A stretch of DNA of 64,000 nucleotides from an uncultured Cytophagia bacterium (GTDB taxonomy: Bacteria > Zhuqueibacterota > Zhuqueibacteria > Thermofontimicrobiales > Thermofontimicrobiaceae). The notes beneath the pieces are model-generated. The model did not search any database. It had not been told where the DNA came from and was given only the letters and a program-made list of their open reading frames with translations. This document shows, piece after piece, positions 58,001 to 64,000 of this stretch. Position 1 is the first letter of the stretch. The number at the start of each line of letters is the position of its first letter. The position numbers were made by a program, and so were the translations under genes. The stretch is taken from contig CAYYMH010000011.1 of assembly GCA_964472785.1 (NCBI GenBank), positions 22,783-86,782 on the forward strand, in the 5' to 3' direction.

Positions 58001-61000
58001 GTACATGGTGTCTTTGTGACTTTTGGATAATGAAAAGGTATATTCAAAATAATCATTCTGAACGTCCAACGACCCGTTTCCGTTAAAATCTTCAGAGTCC
58101 GGTAGTCTGCCACCCGGATCATTTTCATTGCCTTCAGTGCCATTGATTCGTGAATAGTCATAACCGCCGGTAGTATAATACCAATCATCGTAACTGATCG
58201 GTTCACCGTCATCCCGTTGTCCGTTTTTGTTTATATCCCAATAATCTTCAGGATCGGCTCCTGCCATACCATCCAGCCCGACATCCTCACCCGGGTCAAG
58301 CAATTCATTTTTTATTCCATTCACAGGCCTATCTTCGTCGTCCAACTTACCATTCGGTATAATATCTTCGGAAATACGACCTAAATCGATATGCAATCGA
58401 CCGGCATCGCCATCGACCCAAACTTCTAAAAATTTACTATCACTTTGATCCGAATAACCGGTTGAGAGCCATCTTTGAATGCCGCCCCAGGATTGTGTGG
58501 GTTCATATTCCGGATCATCGGGCCTGTCCGCGGGTGAAAATTCCAGTGTTAACACATGCACAACCTGTGGCGTGTTTGGATTATGCGTATCGCGATTGGG
58601 CCAGATTTCTCTGATTGCCACCTGATTGTAAGGATTGTACCAGATCAATCGTCCGCGTCTTTTGTAGTGATAGAATGTCCGTTGCCAATTATTCGTTGGA
58701 TCAGGGATTTCGCCGATTCCCAACGGACAGGAGGATGCCCTCCAGCCACTCTTGATCACGCCCAATGGTGTAATTTTTTTCGCAGCTTCAAAATCATCGA
58801 TATAGGCAACACCATCCGGGTCATCTGTTTTCGTGTTATTCAGTGTGTTCGGATTCGGTAAAATCTGGGCAATCTCACCTTCAAATTTTAAATTAGATTC
58901 TTCTTTGGTCTCGATGAGCGGAAAGGCATCAATCGCTTTAGTTAAAAAGTTGGGTTTAAAATCAAATGATGTGTTCACATCCCAAATCATGTTCCGCATC
59001 GGTCCTTTTCCAACCCGCACCTTTTGATCCAAAGTGCTCTGATTCAAATAAAGGAAAGTACCTCCAATAAAAGAATTTTCCCAGAATCTGTATTCACCCC
59101 GCATCCCGAGCAGCGTTTTTTTCTCTAATTGAAAAAGTTCATTTCGTTGATAATTCACTTCAACATTGGCGGAAGGACTGGTCGCTTCCTCCCGTAAAAT
59201 GGTCAATTTCCCTGAATAATAATCAATGATATAGTCTTTATCTTTAATCAATTTTGATCCGTTGAGAATCACTTCCTCTGATCCTTCAATGACATTCCAA
59301 CCCAAATCATAGGTCGCACTACGATTTTTCGATTTCACCAAAATATAAAATTTACTCTCATTGGCGATGTAGCTCTGATTGGTCGTATCATACATTGCGG
59401 AGACTATTTTTTCTTTGGGAAGATAAGATTCGTCAGCAAAAGGGCGCAGACTCGGAAATTCAAGTTCTCCCTGTCCCAGCCTTAGAATATTTGAAATATT
59501 ATCGATGATATTATCCGGTTGCGTTTCACCGCTTTGATTTACTTTATCTAAACCGAACAAACTTAAATAAGATTTTACGCCTTCATCAGTATTAATCGTT
59601 TCTTCGTCATCTCCTGACGGTGTGTCAAAAAAGATTTTCGCCTCAAATCCATCAGGATCGATATCACGAGCTCCCAAATAATAAACATGACGAAACATCA
59701 AATCCCACGTGCTATCAGATGGGCGCGGTGACCGGGGTTTCAGCATTCTCAAAATGATAACATCTTCCTCGAACGGATTGAATTCGGTGTCTCCCACAAC
59801 CTTTCCGGAACTATCACGATAGGCAATGGCTAACATCTCATTATCGGAAACAGCGTTACGAAGTTTGATATAACCCAACGACGTTTCCAAAAAATATTCC
59901 GAACGATCGAGCCGAATCCAGTAGCCATAAGTATTTTCCTGATCGATTTGGGTAGTATCGGGATTTTCCACATCTGGATTTTCCAAAGCCCAGCCGTAGA
60001 TACGTCCTTCTTTTTGTTCGTAGCCCGGCGCTGATTTGTAAATTTCAAAATCGGTAATGATTTTATCTTCATAAAAGTAATGGGTACCAGACTCATCTAA
60101 TTCGGTATAATTATCCCGATAGGTGTGATCAACAAAGAAATACACACCTTTCATATAATTATAATCCTGAATTTTATACTCGCCCTCTTCAGCGCCGCCA
60201 CTGATGGTCAGTTTCTTATTCTCGCCTTTCTCCTGACTGGCAATTGTTGTCAAGTGAAAATTGCCAACTTGCGCCTCTGCTTTGATCCCGAACAAGCCGC
60301 TGTTTTTTCCGCTAAAGGAAACAAAACGGGTAGCAGGCAACGAAAGCGATATATTCCCAGCCTGAATCGACTGGATGATTTCGTCGTCGTAGCCTTTATA
60401 ATCCAGCTTCACCGTGTTTTCAAAATCAAAAGGACGCTCACTATCCTGGTCAACACTGACAGTAACCTTATCACCGATATTTCCCTGAACCCGGAAACGC
60501 TGGGTCTGTTCCATTTTAAAATTATAGTCTGACCCCCGGTTGATAGCAGTTTTTACCTGACTGCGTTTTTCATGACGAAAACCGCCGCGAATATTAATCT
60601 GACCGGTAACTGACAGAGACACCTGATCTCCGCCAAAGATCGTCTGAAAAGCCCGGCTTCTGATCTTGACCGGGATGGCGATTTCAATTCCCTTGCCTCT
60701 TTTTCTCTCAATCCGTTCACCGGAAATATCCTTAACCTTGTAATTTTGCCAGATGACATCTAAATTTTTATCCAGACAATAGCGTGTATAATCGGATAAT
60801 GAATAAGTAGCTGGCTGATGCAGGTACACATCAAAGGCTTGTTCTTCAACAGTTACTTCTGAACCAGTACTGTCAATGTCAACATCCCGCTTGATGGTAC
60901 GTGGTGTTTTTTTTACGGAGGGTTGTGTAAAATCGAGCATGGAGAGCCCTCGAGCGAGTTCCTTTCCAAACAATGGAATTCCATACGTTTGCTCCGTGGA

Positions 61001-61135
61001 AAGACGCAGACCAATATATGGATTGTCAGATGCCATAACTTTTCCCGAGATAAAAAACGTTGGGAAAATTATGATAAAAAACAATGATATGTAATAGGAA
61101 TGGAATTTCAAACCGGTTTTCGCTCTAAAGCTCAT
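55040..61135 (-). CDS. sprA: giant outer-membrane protein, SprA/Sov-like T9SS translocon candidate
   Basis: 2031 aa with a signal peptide. It shows long stretches of alternating Gly/Asn/Ser/Tyr/Phe-rich beta-strand-like sequence. T9SS cargo genes and T9SS CTDs occur in the same window. The assignment is by size and context and was not checked against a motif. Confidence 0.45.
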   Translation of the reverse strand: MSFRAKTGLKFHSYYISLFFIIIFPTFFISGKVMASDNPYIGLRLSTEQTYGIPLFGKELARGLSMLDFTQPSVKKTPRTIKRDVDIDSTGSEVTVEEQAFDVYLHQPATYSLSDYTRYCLDKNLDVIWQNYKVKDISGERIERKRGKGIEIAIPVKIRSRAFQTIFGGDQVSLSVTGQINIRGGFRHEKRSQVKTAINRGSDYNFKMEQTQRFRVQGNIGDKVTVSVDQDSERPFDFENTVKLDYKGYDDEIIQSIQAGNISLSLPATRFVSFSGKNSGLFGIKAEAQVGNFHLTTIASQEKGENKKLTISGGAEEGEYKIQDYNYMKGVYFFVDHTYRDNYTELDESGTHYFYEDKIITDFEIYKSAPGYEQKEGRIYGWALENPDVENPDTTQIDQENTYGYWIRLDRSEYFLETSLGYIKLRNAVSDNEMLAIAYRDSSGKVVGDTEFNPFEEDVIILRMLKPRSPRPSDSTWDLMFRHVYYLGARDIDPDGFEAKIFFDTPSGDDEETINTDEGVKSYLSLFGLDKVNQSGETQPDNIIDNISNILRLGQGELEFPSLRPFADESYLPKEKIVSAMYDTTNQSYIANESKFYILVKSKNRSATYDLGWNVIEGSEEVILNGSKLIKDKDYIIDYYSGKLTILREEATSPSANVEVNYQRNELFQLEKKTLLGMRGEYRFWENSFIGGTFLYLNQSTLDQKVRVGKGPMRNMIWDVNTSFDFKPNFLTKAIDAFPLIETKEESNLKFEGEIAQILPNPNTLNNTKTDDPDGVAYIDDFEAAKKITPLGVIKSGWRASSCPLGIGEIPDPTNNWQRTFYHYKRRGRLIWYNPYNQVAIREIWPNRDTHNPNTPQVVHVLTLEFSPADRPDDPEYEPTQSWGGIQRWLSTGYSDQSDSKFLEVWVDGDAGRLHIDLGRISEDIIPNGKLDDEDRPVNGIKNELLDPGEDVGLDGMAGADPEDYWDINKNGQRDDGEPISYDDWYYTTGGYDYSRINGTEGNENDPGGRLPDSEDFNGNGSLDVQNDYFEYTFSLSKSHKDTMYIAGGQDNEYGWRLYRIPLSEFTKRVGEPDMSRIEYVRVWIDSCYADTYLRIAEINLVGNDWKEMGVAPDDFSSYNTKNDSTVIAAVTNTHDNDDYSPPPGVSGVKDRITRVEAKEQSLVIRVNELEAGANGILRKTFYQAENYIHYDRMKMFIHGGDAYGRNFSKDVSSVELFLRFGSDNNNYYEYRSPIFEGWEGNNMDIALNDLATLKLQPPDTLTGLRVDSLGNGKYYIIKGEPSLTNVRQLVLGIKNISNPDAMEDYIDKNGLPFSGEIWINELRLSGVKKDKGVALRARAQLKVADVFTINGEINKKDADFHNVNQRFGSGNNEIGGSISGNFSLHKFLPNSWGIAIPINFNYSERTSTPKYLPGSDILVTKDTPDSVLEKIGNENINQGLGVSFRKNTRSNNFFVKNTIDNISISFNTAQSHSKSSTQKYADRETYTANISYNLSFPKDKYFQPFKWIGKAPIISKLAQLKFFYFPTNLNLKASGNRSNSKSETRSGVVTENETFLISRSIQTGIQPFQSMSFDFSRDYKNDLRDTAEPLEEITNFRFGQLTDMSQSISAKFNPQLFRWLKTNFSYSAKFKFSNNLQLKDRGRNASNNNSITTSLTFDPDQFVKSLFKKSSGTRVKRRRPPAKKPPDKSDQDKKEDQGSGFNPLSILGSGVDFITSRIKPINLNLTQRKNISNYGLDPAGGMPSFNYMVGFDKNPGMESVEGVGTNDGSFRDNRSISLQSGLNIIKQMDVSLKYSHDEDENETTTRTGGSSDSWFYIEETGGFPIAEWTVRWSGLEKISFFKKFTQRISFDHNFSGKKQESWQNNPNQKTKTSYTKSFRPLAGFNISLKKNINMNVRYNYSENISFTQRGGSGGQKSVQSDLSFSASYSHSGGMRIPLPFLKNKELKNNMDFQLTISMNNNQSFQKLQEKDWVETDMRKSWSLEPQLNYSFSRNVRGGVHFKMGKNSNKRIGDTTIQELGINVNISISGS

Positions 61136-61587
61136 GAATTCGTTTACACTGGTGGATTAGACGGTTCGCCGAATTATTTAGTTAAACTTGTTATGACAAT
61201 AAATGTTCATAAAAAAATTGACATTTTTCATTTATTCTGAATAGGTAACCTCAATAATACAAACAGATTACAAATAGTGCTTTATAGCTTGATATTAGAT
61301 TTATTTAAATTAAGTTTACAAAATATAGCAATGTTTGAAAGATTCATAAAGACAATTTTAGAGCTGTAAAAGAAACCTCAAAGATAATAACAAGTTTAAC
61401 TATACAAACCTCCTGGCGTTTAATAATCAACATTTGGTGAAGAATATGGATTTAATTGATCCTGCAGGCGTGGAGAATTTTCTTGCTAATCTATCATGTT
61501 TTGCTTATATTGTAACTGAATTTTCAAACAATGAGTTCCCATTAAAACCCGATTAAATGTAACGTTTTAGACAAATTAAAAATTTAA

Positions 61588-62991
61588 ATGTACCAATTAT
61601 CAAAACATATCATCCGACAACATGTGGGTCCTTTTTTCTTCGGCTTTTTTATCATAACGCTGCTTTTTATGTTGAATTTGATATTCAAAGAACTGAGCCG
61701 AATATTAAGCAAAGGCCTCGATTTTTTTGTTGTTTTGGAATTTTTCGTTTTGAATATCGCCTGGATTGTGGCGTTAGCAGTCCCAATGGGCGTACTCATG
61801 TCATGCCTGATGGCTTTTGGTCAATTGTCGGCTGACAATGAAATCACCGCGATCAAATCGTGCGGGATAAGTTTATACCGAATTATATTGCCGGTTCTAA
61901 TTGTCGCGGCTGGATTGTCAATATTTCTGATTTGGTTCAATAATTACGTGCTTCCGGATTCCAATCATCGGTTGAGATTGCTGGCAAGAGACATTACGAC
62001 GAAAAGACCCACTGTAAGTTTGGAGCCGGGATATTTATACGAAGACATCCCGGATATTTCGATTCGGGTTGAAAAGCTACAGGAGCAGAAAAATCTGTCA
62101 CTTATTGAAGATGTGCTCATTTACGACCGAAATGATGAAAACATTAATCGTACAATCATTGCAGAACGAGGCCGAATAGAGGTCGATAAGAACAGCGGTT
62201 TGCTCAAACTCATTCTTTTCGACGGTGAAATTCACGAAATTAATAATGATAAATTGGAGCAATACAATCGTATTCAGTTTCCGAAATATTCAATGACAAT
62301 TCCGATTCCAGATATGGTATTACAGCGTACTGACTCGGAATACCGCGGTGACCGCGAACAAAGTGCGAAGATGATGCGTCAGGAAATAGCCAGCAATAAA
62401 AAATTAATTCAAAAGAGAAAAGAAAATTTGCTTAAATTTATAAATCTGCAAATTGAGCGTTCTTTTAACTTCGATAAATTAACACCCATGGTTGGGGCAG
62501 ATTTGAAAGATAAAATTATCTTGCCAAATGTCGAAACGCTAAAAATGGCAACTCGTTTTCAGACGAATCTAAAAAAACAAATCCGAATCAACAAAAATAT
62601 TCTTCACCGCATAAAAGCCGAAATTGAAGTGAATCACAGCTATGAGTTGAGCAATAAAAAACTGCTGGTGGAAATACATAAAAAATATTCGATTCCTTTT
62701 GCCTGTATTGTTTTTGTTCTCATCGGCGCACCGCTCGGCATTATGGCAAACAGAGGAAATATGGCAGTCGGCGGTGGTATCAGCCTGATATTTTTTATTA
62801 TCTATTGGATTTTTCTCATCGGCGGTGAAGAGCTGGCTGATCGAAATATGTTGTCCCCCTTTCTCGCCATGTGGCTGGCAAATATTATCGTCGGTGCTTT
62901 TGGCTTGTATTTACTTGTGCGAACTGTGAAAGAGGTTTCTTTGCTGAGCTTTGATTTTCTAATAAAACTTTTACCTAAACGCTTTAGATGA
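61588..62991 (+). CDS. LPS export ABC permease, LptF/LptG (YjgP/YjgQ) family
   Basis: It has the N-terminal MYQLSKHIIRQHVGPFFFGFFIITLLF pattern, six TM helices and a large periplasmic insert. A paralogous gene follows 4 nt later. Confidence 0.8.
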   Translation: MYQLSKHIIRQHVGPFFFGFFIITLLFMLNLIFKELSRILSKGLDFFVVLEFFVLNIAWIVALAVPMGVLMSCLMAFGQLSADNEITAIKSCGISLYRIILPVLIVAAGLSIFLIWFNNYVLPDSNHRLRLLARDITTKRPTVSLEPGYLYEDIPDISIRVEKLQEQKNLSLIEDVLIYDRNDENINRTIIAERGRIEVDKNSGLLKLILFDGEIHEINNDKLEQYNRIQFPKYSMTIPIPDMVLQRTDSEYRGDREQSAKMMRQEIASNKKLIQKRKENLLKFINLQIERSFNFDKLTPMVGADLKDKIILPNVETLKMATRFQTNLKKQIRINKNILHRIKAEIEVNHSYELSNKKLLVEIHKKYSIPFACIVFVLIGAPLGIMANRGNMAVGGGISLIFFIIYWIFLIGGEELADRNMLSPFLAMWLANIIVGAFGLYLLVRTVKEVSLLSFDFLIKLLPKRFR

Positions 62992-62995
62992 TAGC

Positions 62996-64000
62996 ATGAA
63001 AATATTAGATAAATACATATTAAAAAATTTTTTTGGGACTTTACTTTTTGCTCTGATCGCTTTTTCGGCAATATTTATTATCATTGATCTCATCGGCTTC
63101 ATGGATAAATTTATCGATCAAAAAGTTGGTATGCCAATTATCATTCAGTATTATCTGTTCTATTTGCCCTACATTATTATCTTAACTTTACCGGTTGCCA
63201 CTCTGCTGGCAAGCTTGTTCAGTGTTGGCCAACTGGCGCGCTACAATGAAATTATTGCCATGCGCTCTTCAGGGTTATCGAGTCATCAAATTTTAGCTCC
63301 CTTATTTATCGCGGGTCTGTTAATCAGTCTGATTGCCATTTACAGTGGCGAGAGATTTGTGCCGATAGCAAACCAAAAAAAGAAAGATGTTTACGAAAAT
63401 TATGTGAAAAAAAATAAAAGTAAAACCAGACGAAAAACAAAAAATATTCAGTTACAAGTTGATAAAAACCGCTGGTTGACCGTCAGCTTTTTTGATATTC
63501 AAAAGAACACAGCTTACCAGGTCAGTTTGGAAGAATATCAAAACAGTACGCTGATCGAAAGAATAGATGCCGCCAGCATGACATGGGAAGAAAAGAAATG
63601 GATTTTTAATCAGGCATACTGGAGGCAATTCAATGGAATGGAAGAAAAAGTTGAACATTTCGAATCAAAACGATTGACAAATCTGAATTTCAAACCAGAA
63701 GACATTGCCAAAGTTCAAAAAAAGGCTGAGGAGATGAGCTTTTGGGAGCTGAAAAATTTTATTAAAGAAATTCGGCGAACAGGCGGGAATCCGGATCGTT
63801 GGCTGGTTGAATTGTATTTGAAAATCGCTTTTCCGTTTTCTAATTTAATCATCATTCTCTTTGGCGCTCCTCTTGCATCCAAAAAAACACGCAGTGGCAC
63901 GGCGATAAGCTTTGGTGTCAGTTTGTTTATCTGTTTCCTCTACTTTGGTTTAATCAAAGTGGGGCAGGGACTGGGACATAACGGAACGCTTCCTCCTCTG
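62996..64000 (+). CDS. LPS export ABC permease LptG/LptF-family paralog (3'-truncated by window end)
   Basis: The ATG is at 62996 (MKILDKYILKNFFGTLLFAL...). The reading frame is open to the window edge, as checked codon by codon. Confidence 0.75.
   Translation, partial: MKILDKYILKNFFGTLLFALIAFSAIFIIIDLIGFMDKFIDQKVGMPIIIQYYLFYLPYIIILTLPVATLLASLFSVGQLARYNEIIAMRSSGLSSHQILAPLFIAGLLISLIAIYSGERFVPIANQKKKDVYENYVKKNKSKTRRKTKNIQLQVDKNRWLTVSFFDIQKNTAYQVSLEEYQNSTLIERIDAASMTWEEKKWIFNQAYWRQFNGMEEKVEHFESKRLTNLNFKPEDIAKVQKKAEEMSFWELKNFIKEIRRTGGNPDRWLVELYLKIAFPFSNLIIILFGAPLASKKTRSGTAISFGVSLFICFLYFGLIKVGQGLGHNGTLPPL

Noticed and set aside
55238-60759. Numerous 60-135-aa ORFs on the plus strand within the SprA-like gene
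   Set aside because: They are antisense to a continuous 2031-aa reading frame and have no independent support.
1-64000. tRNA, rRNA, tmRNA, RNase P and cobalamin riboswitch
   Set aside because: Scanning the intergenic regions by eye, including the carH leader, found no cloverleaf-compatible GTTCGAATC-type T-arm. No B12-box was found either.

Overview
This is a gene-dense bacterial window of about 40% GC, probably from an FCB-group (Bacteroidetes-like) organism. It carries T9SS-type C-terminal sorting domains, a SprA-like giant outer-membrane protein, a BrnTA module and an LptFG pair. From left to right the window contains:
- Two ABC exporter genes that probably form a heterodimer.
- A low-GC island with a Dam-family adenine methyltransferase, a putative restriction endonuclease and an ATE_C/Bpt-like aminoacyl-tRNA-protein transferase.
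- A small operon encoding a DUF3365 lipoprotein, a GNAT acetyltransferase and a membrane protein.
- An AttH-like lipocalin gene with a FtsX-type ABC permease and its ATPase.
- A redoxin-fold gene with an in-frame TGA at the CxxC position, which is a selenoprotein candidate.
- A complete diversity-generating retroelement (DGR): template repeat, Avd, reverse transcriptase and an FGE-domain target gene whose variable repeat differs from the template at adenines. A RayT (REP-associated tyrosine transposase) and palindromic REP hairpins are inserted into it.
- A brnT/brnA toxin-antitoxin pair flanked by an imperfect duplication of the crtW 3' end.
- A large minus-strand carotenoid cluster: crtW ketolase, a Caroten_synth membrane protein, a GT2, an acyltransferase, crtB, two CrtI-family desaturases and a lycopene cyclase domain protein.
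- A CarH-type AdoCbl photoreceptor regulator with the Wx9EH motif.
- A TonB-dependent receptor, followed by an operon encoding an Ntn hydrolase, an Fe-S protein and a PhrB-like photolyase.
- Three consecutive T9SS cargo genes (a papain-like C1 protease, a subtilisin S8 protease and a scaffold-like protein) that all carry cohesin-like and dockerin-like modules.
- AbgT, ExbB-ExbD-TonB, an M28/glutaminyl-cyclase-like lipoprotein, SprA-like and LptF/LptG genes.

No tRNA, rRNA or CRISPR array was seen.
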